Shown piece after piece: positions 39,126 through 53,255 of a DNA stretch of 64,000 bases. The DNA is from Mytilus californianus (Eukaryota): NCBI RefSeq assembly GCF_021869535.1, contig NW_026262695.1, positions 1,054,001 to 1,118,000 of the forward strand. Reading direction: 5' to 3'. A program made the translations under genes and the position numbers. The notes under the pieces are model-generated. The model saw only the letters and a list, made by a program, of their open reading frames with translations, made no database searches and was not told the origin of the DNA. How positions within the stretch are numbered: position 1 is the first letter of the stretch; the number at the start of each line of letters is the position of its first letter.

Positions 39126-39994
39126 GTTTTCTGTACAGTATAGAAAATCATCTTGCAAAGAATAAGACTGAAGTTTGTTTTTAAGAAAATCTATTATTTA
39201 CTGTTTCTCCGACAGCACGAAGCATTTATGAGTAAGGAGAAAGACTGGGTGGTTCTGAGTCGGAATAATGTGTCTTGGTAAAGTAGCATGATTTCAATTT
39301 GAATGCTACCTTGTGAACTTGGATGTTTAACAAATCCGGTTCAGCGTGTCAACCAAGTACAATGCGAGGTCATATAATTATTCATATATCACATTAACAT
39401 GTTCTCATCTGATATGTATTACTGGTTTTTAACTGGACGTTAGACATCAATTTAATCATCAGAATCATATTTTATGTTGTGGAGTTTGTGCTACAATTCC
39501 CGATATTTTACAAAGGGTAAATTAGTTATAGTGGTGGAATCTGTTTCTCTTATGATTTTTATTCTTCCTTTTCAAAGATTTGCAGAAAGCTGTGTTTTTT
39601 TTTTATATATGTGACGTATTCAGGCATGGTCGTCTTTTTTCATGACGTTACAATAGGAAATTCAGAAGAAACCAAGAAAACTTGACATCATAATTAAATC
39701 TCGACCATATTTGCCGAGAACAGATATTTCACAATCGGTTGGGAAATGTGAAAATAGAAAAAAAGAATAGAGAAAGGATCTTTCCTACTTGCATGAATAA
39801 AGGGTATATTCTAATTTTAAAAATAGGAAAGTATGGTATGATTGCTAATGACACAAATCTTCACAAGAGACAAAATGGCATAGAACTTAACAAAGATTAT
39901 AGTTCACTGTACGGCCTTCAACAATGAGCAAGATCCATACCGCATAGTCAGTTAACTCATTAATCAATTTGTTTATTTATATTCAATCCATTTA

Positions 39995-40190
39995 AACCGC
40001 CTAGGTTGACTCGTGGTATCGTAATAGCATCAAGTGCGAAAAGTCTTGGGTTGAAACCCCGGCCTGGTCAAAGCAAAGACTTTCAAATTAGTATGTTGCT
40101 TCGCCGCTAAGAATAGCATTACGGAGTAAGAGAAAAGACGATCGACTCAAAGTCAGAATTATGTGTCTTCCTGCTGGCTGTTACCTCTAG
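39995..40190 (+). mobile_element. Degenerate tRNA-derived SINE; related body fragment at about 39230-39420
   Basis: A-box-like tggtatcgtaatagc and B-box-like gggttgaaacccc, followed by gttgcttcgccgctaag..agcattacggagtaagagaaaagac. Family not assigned. Confidence 0.5.
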
Positions 40191-40423
40191 AAAAAATCCC
40201 GCCCCCCTTTTTTTCCCGAATGTGACCTACCGAATTAGACTTATCAACGGGTTTGTACCAACATACTAACATGAGCAACACGACGGTTGCCACATGTAGA
40301 GCAGGATCTGCCTACCCTTCCGGAGCACCTAAGATCAACACTCAGTCTTTTTTTTCTATGTTGAGTTTTGTGTACTGTTGTTTGTTTGTAACATGTTCTC
40401 GTCCTGATTGATGATGACGACGA

Positions 40424-40659
40424 NNNNNNNNNNNNNNNNNNNNNNNNNNNNNNNNNNNNNNNNNNNNNNNNNNNNNNNNNNNNNNNNNNNNNNNNNNNNN
40501 NNNNNNNNNNNNNNNNNNNNNNNNNNNNNNNNNNNNNNNNNNNNNNNNNNNNNNNNNNNNNNNNNNNNNNNNNNNNNNNNNNNNNNNNNNNNNNNNNNNN
40601 NNNNNNNNNNNNNNNNNNNNNNNNNNNNNNNNNNNNNNNNNNNNNNNNNNNNNNNNNNN
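40424..40659. other. Assembly gap (236 N) flanked by (GAT/GAC)n microsatellite
   Basis: Run of N with gatgacgac on both sides. Confidence 0.98.
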
Positions 40660-41424
40660 ATGATGACGACGACGATGTTGAAGACTTTCGGCAAATAAAT
40701 ATGCATATTATCATATTAATACAACCCTGCATTCCGGCAATAAGTCTCCAATGTAACAATAACTTTTTTATTATTGTGACGTTCATTGTAACCGTAGCCA
40801 GTGCTTATATATATGTATATATTAATAAAACTTTACATGTAAATATATTTATCTATATAGCTGTAAACTTGTTAAAAGTCATCTATTCCAGCGGCTTATC
40901 AATTCCACTCATTAAATAGGAAGTCCCCTTCTTCCAACACCACCAGAAATTGTCACTGCCCCCTCAAGACCTAAACTTAAAAAAAAACTTTAAAGCTATT
41001 TTGAGCGCTATAAAACTAGGTTTAATCCACCATTTTCTACATAAGAAAATGCCTGCACCAAGTCAGGAATATGACAGTTGTTATCCATTCATTCGATGTG
41101 TTTTTTAAGCTTTTGATTTAACCATTTTATTGGGGACTTTCCGTTTTGAATTTTCCTCGGAGTTCAGTATTTTGTGATTTTGTGAATGTTAAAGAATTCA
41201 AACGAGAAAACAGCCTGATTTATGTACAAACAATTATAAACCCAAAACAAATATGATATACAGCAACAAATGACAACCACTGAATTTCAAGCTTCTGACT
41301 TGGGAAAGTTTCATACAAAATATGGCGGGGTTAAACATGTTTGCTGGCACCAAAACCAGGAACAGTTGTGTAGCAGTACATTATTATAAGAACCAACTAT
41401 AAATTATTTCTAGAGGGCTTAATG

Positions 41425-42095
41425 TCTTAAACGGGAAGCTTAATACCAAACTTTATGATAAAAGAGATGATTTTTCATTTCATATTGTTTATTATTCATT
41501 TTTAGATGGTGACGTTCCCTTGTCACCAGCTTATGGTGTTTACATATCTCAATTTGTTCGATTCGCTCGTGTATGTACCAACATATTTGATTTCAACGAA
41601 AGAAATCTCTGTACTACTGAAAAACTATTACACCAGGGTTTTCGATATCACAAACTAGTCAAAACATTCACTAAATTTTATCATCGGTACAAGGACATCA
41701 CTCGTAAATATACATCAACATGCAGACATCTTATACGTTCAGGTATTTCACATCCAATATTTTATGATAATATTCTTAACATAGCTCAAAAATGTCGGCA
41801 TTCACCTCAAAGGCTAACCCAACCTTAAAACAGACTTATTCAGAAAGGATATAGTTACGATACTGTTGTCAGGTCATTAAGGATTGCATATTTTGGTATT
41901 AATATTGATTCACTCATAGGGTCTTTGCATCGAAAATAAACACATTTATTCTAAAACCAGTTGTTGGCATGATACGGGTTATGTTCTTCTCATATATTTT
42001 ATGATGGTAAGATACTTAACCCCTAACGGGAGGAATTGTACTTGATTTTCATATGATGAAGGCATAATCTTTCAATCAGTTTAATTGAGGTCAAG
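41425..42095 (+). mobile_element. 3' fragment of a second Penelope-like (Naiad-type) retroelement family
   Basis: KLNTKLYDKRDDFSF..GDVPLSPAYGVYISQFVRFARVC..LLHQGFRYHKLVKTFTKFY, homologous to the C-terminal region of the element at 47092. Confidence 0.8.
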
Positions 42096-42996
42096 CAGTA
42101 TTGATATTGACAATTCACCTTTGCTCGTAAACTATACGGCGACGTCAAGATACGTTAATTATCGTATTGACATAATGTCTTTAGAGATTGTTTATGTCAT
42201 GTAATCAATTTTATTTATTTATTTCAAAATAATGTCGATCGTAAAACATATACAATCAATTTTAATTGTTAAAAAATGATTTGTCTTTTTAAAATACGTG
42301 GATGTCCATTTTACATCTATGGATCTGATACAAATCTTACAGACATTGTTTTAATGACGTGTTCCTATACACAGGGCTAAAACCGACTTTGATTTAAAGA
42401 AGTAAGTACGTGATTGGAGACAGGAATTCAACGTTTGAATACTATTAGTAGGAAATCACCCACAGAAAAAAATAAAAGTTACTTTTGAAATAAATACGCA
42501 AAATACATGTTTATTCACAAAGCATCTGTTAACTATGTACATACATCTAGATTTTTATTGTTATTTCGTTATTTTGTCATTTTGATATGTATTTCCCCTT
42601 CTTCAAAGATTATTCTGTGCACGGTGTATTTTTTCTCCTTTTTTGACTTGTTATACTGTATGCTTTCCAAAAGTGCTTTTAAGTTTGAAAATATAAATTT
42701 AAATTAAAAAAAGTTTAATTTGTTAATATTAGAAGTAAGCATACAGATTATACAATATTAGCTTGATTTCGTGGTACAGTCTGAGGAATAATTTTGCATG
42801 TGACATAAAGTACTTTACCAACTCTTACTTACTTATACCCAATGACAGCTAATGCGATTTTAAAGATACGTAGGTTTTTTTTTCGAAATGTAATAGTTTG
42901 CTAACTATCAACTTCCCTGTTTGGTCATAAATGTATACAATGATGATTCAGATTCATTGTTTCCGATTGCTGATATCCTCAATGATTGCTGTAGAC

Positions 42997-43042
42997 ATGC
43001 TCATTTTACATGCTTTAATAGTGATAATTTTCATACATTTTG
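42997..43042 (+). CDS. Gene 2 exon 1: signal peptide (MLILHALIVIIFIHF)
   Basis: ATG, hydrophobic stretch, g|gtaagt donor in phase 1 matching exon 2. Confidence 0.7.
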
Positions 43043-44548
43043 GTAAGTTGTTTTCACATAGTACCTCATTTCAATATTTATTTATATTTATATAAAGGTT
43101 TCTTATGTGTAATTATACAATATAAGAAAATGTAGTCATACACGTATCTTTTTGAATGTGTATGCATACAGATTTACAACAGCAAACCACTCATAATCTA
43201 ATCCGTATATGTCTGTGTTACAATGTTCGAAGAAATTATTTGTAGTAATTAGGGAAAAACGACCTCTAAGGACTACTTAAAAAAAAGTCACTTTACAAAT
43301 AATCAAAACCTCAAACCCATCAAACGAATCAAACGAATCAAAAGAATGAAAAACAGTTCAACTGTCATATTCTTGAATTGGTTCATGCATTTTTTATGCA
43401 AAAAATTATATATCAAACCTGGTTTCATAACTTTAAAAGCTAAACTTGTTATCACCAATCAAACGGTATTTCTACAAAATGATCAACTACTCAGCCTTGT
43501 AATTGAAGCTAATCATGCTAATGGTTTTGAATGCAATATTGAAATGTTCAAGCAATTGAAAGAGAATACAAACACGATCATGACGATGTAGGTCAACTGA
43601 AATCATTATTTGATATTTGGACTTTTTTTACAAACTTTGGAATCAATAAATGTTTCATTTTGTCGATGATATTTATTCTAAATTTTAACATTTAACAAAT
43701 AGGTTGAGAATAAGTGTGATTTCCTTATTTGGCAAATATTGGTTTGAACGTTTTGTCGTTTTTTTAAAATGTAGTATTATGTGAACTTTAGACTTCCTTG
43801 TTTAATATAACCAATTCAGATTTCCGATTTATGTTATAATTATAGTGAATAGTTTCTGACGACTATCCAATTTTACATGTGATCATTCGAATACCTACAT
43901 ATTTCCCACATTTGTTTTTCTAATATTTTAAATATTGATGAGGTCATACAAACAGTTGTTGCGTTATATTTTTAATAATTGATAGTTATTTTAGTCATAC
44001 GTATTTGTTAATTTCCTTAATTTATTGTATAGTGTGTATGAATTCACAATTTAAGACAGAAAGGTTACGATATTGCCTTCTATGTATGAGTCAGTGTTCT
44101 GATTTTAACACATTTATTTTCCTAATTACAGGTTAATCATTATCAATGAAATTGTATTCAAACCAAATATTCTTTAGACCTCAGTCTCAAATTTACACTG
44201 CCCTTTTTGAAAGGTCTGTTTCAATAATATTGATCTGATGGTTATTCATAAGGCATTGAAAGGAAAATCACAAAATTACTGAACTCCGAGGAAAAGTCAA
44301 AACGGAAAGTCCCTAATGAAATGAAAAAAATCAAAGCTCAAACACATCAAACGAATGGATAACAATTGTCATACACCTGATTTGGTACAGGCATTTTGTA
44401 CAGATTTTTGGTGTGACATGAAGTTTGTTCGACATGATATTCATGGTACTGCAGACAGTGCCATGCCAATATATCTTTAAATACAAAATTTGTTATGTTT
44501 ATAGGTAAATAGGCAACATTTAATAGAATTTATTTTCGATTTCTCTAG

Positions 44549-44740
44549 CAAAATCCTCTCAAAAAACAGTCCACAGGGATTTAAATGGCATAACATGGGA
44601 TAATGCCAGAGATGCATGCAAACCGTATGGTTTAGAAAACAGAGAAGACCTCCTACGGAGTAGTGGCATTAATGATGAGAACGAATTTTGGATAGGAAAG
44701 GCTATTTATAGAATACCAACACGATGGTTTGAGATTATTG
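44549..44740 (+). CDS. Gene 2 exon 2: C-type-lectin-like N-terminal segment
   Basis: ctctag|KSSQ..ITWDNARDACK..EFWIGKAIYRIPTRWFEII|gtaact, 192 nt open, phase 1-1; W..A...C and FWIG motifs. Confidence 0.8.
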
Positions 44741-45243
44741 GTAACTACAACTTGTAAAATGAACGAAACAAAAATAGATGTGTCAATAATAGAAAAAAAC
44801 GTAACAAGAAAAATCGTTAAAACATTGCATACAAATGTCCATAGCATGCTAAGAGTTCTAACTCGTATCCAGTTTGAATAAGTTAAAACAAAATCAGAGA
44901 GTACCAAAGACCTGTCACCATTTCACAGAAAAATAAAACAAAATAGAAACATTGGCATGCAAATTGATTAAGTGCATTAAACTAGTTTCCCTTTTCATTT
45001 GCATCAAGTTTTGTCATCGAGCTGTTCATGACGCATAGGTAATATATATATATATTTAATATGATGCAAGGGGCTATTTTTTTTTTACGGCATTAACGGC
45101 CAATTATTTTTTCACAAGTAAACAGTTTGGGATATTTAACTAAAAATAATATTTACAGATGTGGTGTGTCCGAAGCGCTTCTCTGTGTCTTTTGTCATCA
45201 AGGAACACTCAAATGCAAATATTTAACATGTTTAAGAGTAAAA

Positions 45244-45470
45244 CATGTATAAATGTATGAATACTTGATATCTAAGGAGCTATCTCACCATGTATAAATG
45301 TATGAATACTTGATATCTAAGGAGCTATCTCACCATGTATAAATGTATAAATACTTGATATCTAAGGAGCTATCTCACCATGTATAAATGTATAAATACT
45401 TGATATCTAAGTAGCTATCTCACCATGTATAAATGTAAAAATACTTGATATCTAAGGAGCTATCTCACCA
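45244..45470. repeat. Minisatellite, 45-bp unit x5
   Basis: catgtataaatgtatgaatacttgatatctaaggagctatctcac recurs at 45244, 45289, 45334, 45379 and 45424. Confidence 0.9.
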
Positions 45471-47091
45471 CAAATAATCGGAAAAAAGTAAAATAATGAA
45501 AACACCGAACTCCATGGATAATTCAAAACGGAAAGTCCCTTTTTAAAAGGCAAACTCAAAAGCTCTAACACATCAAACGAATGGAAGACAACTGTCATAT
45601 TCCTGACTTGGTACAGGCATTTCCTTATGTAGAAAATGGTGTATAAACACGATAAACCTGGTTTGAAAGCTAGTTAAACCTTGCACTTGTATGACAGTCG
45701 CATAACATTCCATTATATTGACAACAATGACTTGTGTGAACAAAACAAACAGACATAATAACTTGGATAGAGAGTTGTCTTATTGGCACTCATACCACAA
45801 CTTTTTATATCTATATAATAGGTAAAATGTCATAAATAGGGGTACAGCAGTCAACATTGTGTTATAATTTCAATCAGTATAAAAGCAAACAAATTTGTCA
45901 ACAAAGAAAAACAAAATGGCATATAAACAAAGCACATAAGCTATACACACGATTAAGAATGGTTTTATTTTTATTTGTAATAATGAATACTGTAGTTTGA
46001 TCTCCACCTGTCGTTTGTTTTTTTCTGTTTTAAGTGTTGTTTTTTTTATATTAGGATTTTGTGTTGTTTTTTTGCTATCCTCGTGCCTTTTTTATTTATG
46101 TTCTATAGAACAATACAAATACGAATACAAATCACGATAAGTCAACTTTGCTGTAACTGTTCAAAACTGAATTTCTAAGTTATTTCTAGATTTATCAATA
46201 GAATATTATTCTAAAATGGTATTTAATAATCCATGTCGATGCATTATATTTACTCCTGAGCTGATGAGATGATACTAGCAAGGACTAGCAGTCTGCCAAC
46301 AACAGTATCAAATTAGTTCTGAAAAAAAAAACACTTTACAAACTTAATAAGAGCAGACTACACGACAACAAAACAAAAAGAGAACAAAAGACAAACTATT
46401 ATATACGGAACACTTAAAAGAACTCTACGACTTAGTAACATGAACTCCTCAAAAACAGGGACTGAATTCATGTGCACAGCAAAGGTAGGCATTTCAGACT
46501 ATCCTAGCTAAGTTGAATCACGCTTCCCATTTATATCGAACAGTATGAGCACTGGCATAGAAACTTTTTTTTTTTTTAAATTTTACAGCCACTTCTGTTT
46601 GTATATGTGATTATGTGACATCTGAAAATCAACAAAAATAAAAACAGATAAAAGGTAACAACCAGTCTACAAAAATCATCAAGACACGTTACTTTATAAT
46701 TGGTTATGTTCTTACTTTAAGTCTAAACCTATTTTGCAAAATAATGAAATGGAAGGGAGAATGTTATGGAATTTGTACGGCAGCTTCATCCAGAAAATAT
46801 TCTATTATATTCAACTGACAAGTGAGACAATAAATAAAACGTTAAGGAATCGGAGCCGTTACTACTTTGTAAAAAAAATCTGTTGTGACTCACAAATATT
46901 TCTTACAACGATAAAAGTATTGCATTCACAATGCAATTGTTTACTTATAGCCAAACAAGTTTCAAGATCTAACGAGGCGTCCATCTTGCAGAAAAAATCA
47001 GTTTAAAATATAGCAATAAAACACATCATATTTTCCAAGTTGAACATAAATATAACTAATTATAGTCATTTCGTACCCTAACCATTTCGTA

Positions 47092-49691
47092 TAGTATAGG
47101 TATTCTATCTAGTCCTTCCTGTAGCTCGGTGAATGTGATGAATATTTTCAACTCTACTCCTCGACGTAGACGCAGTCATGGTCATCGTCATTATATATCA
47201 CCTACTTTGCATGATGTCTCTATTAATGACTTGCTGCCATCTATACAAAAGCCGTTAGGTATTCATCACATTCGCACGAAACTGTATTCATTACCCCTTT
47301 CAAAACTTCATTCTCTGTTCAATTTATGTTTGGAAACCACGGTTACAAACCCTCATCCAAACCAATACAAACTTACCGCTATTATTTCGGATATTGCAAG
47401 TCACAGACTTTTCAAACCAGTTCGCATTGGAAAAGATGAAAAAGAGAAAAGATCTTTTCTTAAACTTTCCTTTGCCAACAAAGGTCTGGATGGCGTCAAC
47501 TTAGGCAATATCCGTCATCATAATTTAGTTCAGTCGAAAATACCTCCTATTTTAAAGATCAGTCTGTACCAATAATTTCTTATACCTATACCAAACCAAT
47601 TGCAACTAAAATTTTCAATTACAAACACGTTTTGCAGGATCTCAACATTGACGACTTCAAGTCTAAACCTCCTGATTGCACCTGTGCTAGGTCCCAATTC
47701 ACATATAATCCGGCTGGCCACGTTATTACCGGAGACCTCAACATTGTCGATAACACTTCCCTGCGAAATTTGTTATCCAAAGGTCCGAAATATCGTGAGC
47801 CTAAATCCATCAATTGGAAATACAACTTAAAAATACTGATGGATTCAGTCGAGGATTATGCCAGGCAATGGGCTATACGCGAGAAAGAAGACATAGATAC
47901 TCTTTCCGAATGGATTAAGGCTGTGAGGTCGTTAATACAAATCCGAATTAAGAAACTAAATGGGCATATCAATACCCACGCTACATCAATTTTTAAAGAC
48001 CCAAATGTTGCAAAACACTTGTCCTACCTCCATGACAAATATGTTGTTGTCCCCGCAGATAAAGCCCCAAACAACATCGTTTTTGTGTGTAAATATCATT
48101 ACATAAACTGCTTGATAAATGAATTAGGTATTGACAATTCACTTCGAAACTCAACATATACCCTCACGACACTTACCAAAGAGGAAATCCTAGATAATCA
48201 TAGGTCTGTTCTATGTTCCTTTGAAATTTCAACCAAAGACGAAGAACTGGATCTTCCATCACTGTATTGGATACCTAAACTACATAAGTGTCCTTACAAA
48301 CAACGGTATATTGCTGGGTCTTCCAAGTGCTTCACGAAACCTCTTTCTAAATTATTAACATCTATTTTATCAGCAATCAAAGCAGGGCTCCAAAGTTATT
48401 GTGAAACTGCCTATTCTTGAGGTGGCGTGAATCAGATGTGGATACTAAAAAATTCCAAAGATCTTTTAGAGTACATACAATCTAAGACTCTCTCATCTTG
48501 CAATAGTATTAAAACATTTGACTTTTCTACACTTTACACAAGTATTCCCCATTCCAAACTAAAAGACAAATTGAAAGAGTTGGTATTACTTTGTTTCATT
48601 AAAAAGAATGGCGAACGTAAATACAAGTATCTTGTCTTGGGGAGGGATAAATCCTACTTTGTAAAGAATCACTCTGATTCAAACAAAAAATTCTCTGAAA
48701 CTGACATTATCAAGATGCTTGATTTCTTGATTGACAACATATTTGTTACGTTTGGAGGACATGTTTTTCAACAGACTGTCGGAATTCCAATGGGAACCAA
48801 CTGTGCCCCTCTTCTTGCCGACTTGTTTCTTTATTATTATGAGGCTGACTTCATACAGGAGCTTCTTAGGAAGAGAGATAAGAAGTTAGCAATATCCTTT
48901 AACTCTACGTTCCGCTATATAGATGATGTTCTCTCACTAAATAATACAAAATTTGGTGACTATGTTGAACGAATCTATCCCATCGAACTAGAGATAAAGG
49001 ATACTACAGATACAGTTAAGTCTGCCTCATATCTTGACTTCAGCAAGAAATTGACAATGAAGGTCGGTTGAAAACAAAACTTTACGACAAAAGAGATTAT
49101 TTCAGCTTCCCAATTGTGAACTTTCCATTTCTATGTAGCAACATTCCAGCAGCGCCTGCATACGGAGTATATATCTCCAAATTGATACGATATTCCCGGG
49201 CTTGTGTTTCCTATCATGATTTCCTTGATAGAGGATTGCTGCTCACAAGGAAGCTATTAAACCAAGAGTTCCAAATGGTGAAGTTGAAGTCATCCCTTCG
49301 TAAATTTTACGGACGCCATCACGAGTTGGTTGACCGTTATGGAATAACCGTTTCACAGATGATATCGGATATGTTCCTTATGTCGTAACTACAATACCCT
49401 TCCCTTTTCACGAATGTGACTTACCGAATTAGACTATTACCGGATTTGTAATAACATAAGCAACTCGACGGGTGCCACATGTGGAGCAGGATCTTCTTAC
49501 CCTTCCAGAGCACCTGAGATCACCCCCAGATTTTGGTGGGGTTCGTGTTGCTTGGTCTTTAGTTTTCTATGTTGTGTCATCTGTACTATTATTTGTCTGT
49601 TTGTCTTTTTTTTTTTGGCCATGACGTTGTCAGTTTGTTTTCGATCTATGAGTTTGACTGTCCCTCTGGTATCTTTCGTCTCTCTTTTTTT
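47092..49691 (+). mobile_element. 5'-truncated Penelope-like retrotransposon (Naiad-type RT), inactivated, in intron 2 of gene 2
   Basis: CxC..PAGHVITGDL..KGPKYREP linker; RT motifs DFSTLYTSIPH, GIPMGTNCAPLLADLFL and RYIDD; C-terminal KLYDKRD..AYGVYIS..RYSRAC. It has one TGA, frameshifts and a T-rich 3' end, with TTTCGTA at 47085 and 49692 as a putative target duplication. Confidence 0.88.
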
Positions 49692-50219
49692 TTTCGTACC
49701 CTGGCAGAAACAATTTCGTACCTTGACCATTTCGTACCAATAAGAAAAGGCGTGAGAATAGCAATAAAACAACACGAAACCCTAATATAAAAAAACTTAC
49801 ACACTAAAAACAGAAGCAAAGCTGGAGTTCAAACTACAGTATTCAATATTACAAATAAAAAAGTAGTCTAAATCATATGTAAAGCTAAAATACAACATAT
49901 TCTACAGAATTGCATATAGTCGAAGATAAACAGAGAACTTAAATTCAAAAACAGACAACGAAAAGCAAACAGCAATCGACAGAGAAAACTAAATGCTGTG
50001 CAACACAATCCCAAGAAAAAGCGGATACAATATCAACCGTTCCGTGGAGATCAATGAATAAAAAAGACTGTTACCGGTAAAGACAACATGAGATTGTTTA
50101 ACAAATAATATCTAAGCATTCAGATCTCTTTTAATAAATTAATGTGGATACATGGAATACTAGAAATGAATGAATTTTTAATTAAACTGCCATCAAATAA
50201 TTTATCAATTTTCATTAAG

Positions 50220-50347
50220 GGTGTTTTTCAATTGCTGAAATGCATATCCACTCTTATCACTCAGCGGCATCGATTGGATATTGTAAACATAAATGTGACT
50301 CTAAACGCATGGGAAGCTATTTTGGTTACAGACAGAGAGTTCCGAAC
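50220..50347 (+). CDS. Gene 2 exon 3: WSC-like domain, first half
   Basis: attaag|GCFSIAE..SIGYCKHKCDSKRMGSYFGY..|gtaagt, phase 1-0; joins exon 2 to give W...IGCF. Confidence 0.75.
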
Positions 50348-50548
50348 GTAAGTATACAAACGTAAATATTTTCATTCTTTGCATTTAGTTTAAGGTCATC
50401 TCCTACTTTGTTAATAATAGCTATGTCACTTTCAAGATATATCTAACTAGATAATTGTATAAACCCTTTCCAGCAATTTACATTTTATATATGTAAAATA
50501 TAGGCTGTACAATCAAACTAAATACATGTTCATGATTTTATTTTACAG

Positions 50549-50651
50549 ACCCAAACACTAAACTGTGCTTGCAATCATGATGAAATTGATCACACACCAC
50601 AACTTGATATACAATTTTGTCTGAATTCAACAAATTTTTTCGTATATAAAG
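50549..50651 (+). CDS. Gene 2 exon 4: WSC-like domain, second half
   Basis: ttacag|TQTLNCACNHD..QFCLNSTNFFVYK|gtaaga, phase 0-1; CxC and terminal VY pattern. Confidence 0.75.
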
Positions 50652-53108
50652 GTAAGATTCTTTGATTAAACTAGTATAATGAATTGATATTTACCATACA
50701 TATACAATCAGTATGACGCACTTATTTTATTTATATATAAATTATATCCTTTTCATTATGCGACACATGGCGCTAACGGGAATAGTAAGTTGTAAGTTGC
50801 ATTTATTCTCTGGTGGATAGTTGTTTCATACTATATTTCCTTATTGTTTTATAATGCGATACCATTTAAACATTTTTCTCTGCTATAAAGTAAGAATTTA
50901 ACACCGTTTCTGGTGGTGTCTTCTTACTTTTGTGTTTGTGGAGTGCAACAATCGAGACATCAGAAGCTTTGCTTTATCATGTTTATAAAAGCTGCAGACC
51001 AATTTATTGACCTCTATGGATTTATTTTATTTAATTACCCTAGGTCTCTCTTTTGTTGAATGAACCTGGACGATACCACGTTTCAATGAAATTTGTTTCA
51101 AGGTATACAAGAATGACCTATGTTAGTTTTAAGTTATTTTCACTGATTAAAATACAAAGTGCAATCCATTTCCACATTTAATTTATTTGATAGTTATCGT
51201 GTGTTGTTGCCAATTCGGGTTTTACTTTTCAATTTTTCATCTTTGATAGGTCAAAGGCAGAGACAGTACTTCCCTCCATTTATTGGACAAAAAACACAAG
51301 AAAATTTCGTCGATGTGCATTTTAACTTTCGGACAAAAAAGTGAAGCTTTTTAATTTATCCTCCTTTTCCCCGAATATGAACTACTGAATAAGACTTATC
51401 ACATGAGCAACATGACAGGCTCCACATATGGTGCAATATCTGCATACCCTTGTGGAGCACCTGAAGTCGTCAACGGTTTTTGTGGGGATCGTGTTGTTGA
51501 GTCTTTAGTTTTCTATGTGGTGAAATGTGTGTTCTTGTTTGTCTTTTGTTTTTTTCTTCTTTTGTGCCATGGCGTTGTCAGTTTATTTTCGACATATGAG
51601 TTTGAATGTCCCTTTGGTATCTTGCGACTCTCTTTCATCGCTACAATAAAGGGTCATTACGTGAGACGATATACAAAACACTTTTCAAACAAGTCTTTTT
51701 GATTCACACTGTATTTGAAATTATATTTTGAACAATGGATGTTCGTTTTTCGTGTTAAATGTATATCACGATTTCGTACTCTCTATGTGGTAGTTCTTAA
51801 CTTTACCTCGATCAAATGACCTTTACAATAGGGGAAGGGGGTGGGGGGGGGGGGGGGTTCTGAATGCTTAGAAGTGTACAATTACTCAAGGCCAATTTCA
51901 TAGGAAAAGAGCCTAATGATTAAAAATGAAAGAGACAAGATTTATAAAAACATTTTGAATATTACAAACGTTAATAATGGAACATAAACATGATAAAGGC
52001 AACAAAACTAAATAAATAAAAAAATGGGTGGAGGGAGGGGGGTGTAGGTAAAACAATATTTAATTCAGTTTTTTATACCAGACCCGAAATAAATCAATTA
52101 TTGTTGATATTTAGAGCAAATGAACTTTACGAAAAAAAAAGGCAAAAAACTTGTACATTCATTAATAAAAAGTAATCATCTGGTGTTGAATGATAGTAAC
52201 TTTAATATTAATTGAGTGAGTTTTATTATTATCAAAGAATATACAAATTTCAAAAAGTTGATTTATATAACATTTTGTGCTTTTGAAGATAAATAAATTT
52301 AAGATATAAAAGTATTACCATTGACCTGAAACAGAAAAAAAAATAAAAAAAATAAATTTTTGAATAATTTATCCTTTTTGCCTTACAAAACTCTGTCAGT
52401 GCTGTTTAATCCATTCAATTGAAATGACCATTAAATAAGATATATATTCCTTTTATTAACCTTGTTAACACTTTATTGTAAAAAGTTAATTTATAATTAA
52501 TTTAAGGTTTGATTATTTAAATTAGAAGAGATAATTTTTTAAGTCGCTCGAAGGTGTGGATATGTTCTTAATGGTCTCACAGTACTTGCCTTGGGCTTTA
52601 AATATTCATAAAACAGACCAAATATTGTCTAACTTATACTTGCAAGGTGACTTTTATTTTTCGAACACTGTAACAATTCATGTGTGTCTTTCTTCTTGCA
52701 GTAGTTGCAGTAATATTTTTATTGTTACTGGATAATTATTTTTAAAGTTTATATATAGAATCATTAGTGAGTTTTATTTCAGATTATGAATTAGCCGTTG
52801 GACGTATTAAAAAGAAAATGCATAAAAAAAAAATTTTCTCACTTTAGTGTAATCAGTTAAATAAAACGCAAATCCTTTAAATCTTTGCAGAAAATATTAT
52901 TTTTGGACGGTATTTAATTCAGATAAGGGTTTCATTGTCGAATATCACAACTGAGGATACCAGGGTCTCCCACAGAAAGACCTCAATATAAGGATTGTGA
53001 TTTGCTTAATTCTTTTTCTATTTCAATGTTGTATATTTGAAGAATGTATTTCAAAAAGAAGGTTTTGGAATGTGAAAAATTGGAATATTGTTTTTTGTTT
53101 GTTTGAAG

Positions 53109-53255
53109 AATATAATGGTACAGTGAGAAAATCATCAGACCCAGGAAACTGCACAACGATATGTTGCGGTAATTGTAATAGAAAAACGGCAAATGGCAAC
53201 AACTTGGAAGAAAGGCGTTGTAGTTCAGATGACAACACTATAGTTGGTAGATGTG
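53109..53255 (+). CDS. Gene 2 exon: Cys-rich segment
   Basis: tttgaag|YNGTVRKSSDPGNCTTICCGNC..LEERRCSS..VGRC|gtaata, 147 nt, phase 1-1. Confidence 0.7.

Noticed and set aside
40244-40786. Long ORFs 40244-40786, 40356-40706 and 40408-40698
   Set aside because: They are artefacts of translating through the N gap.
45159-45230. Apparent acceptor and short ORF in intron 2 of gene 2
   Set aside because: It stops after about 22 codons and the sequence matches a decayed hammerhead-type repeat on the minus strand.
48418-48420. In-frame TGA in the Naiad RT as a possible selenocysteine codon (Sec-encoding Naiads have been reported)
   Set aside because: The context AYS*GGVNQMW reads better as a mutated Arg codon than a Cys position, and the copy also has frameshifts. 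A family consensus would settle it.
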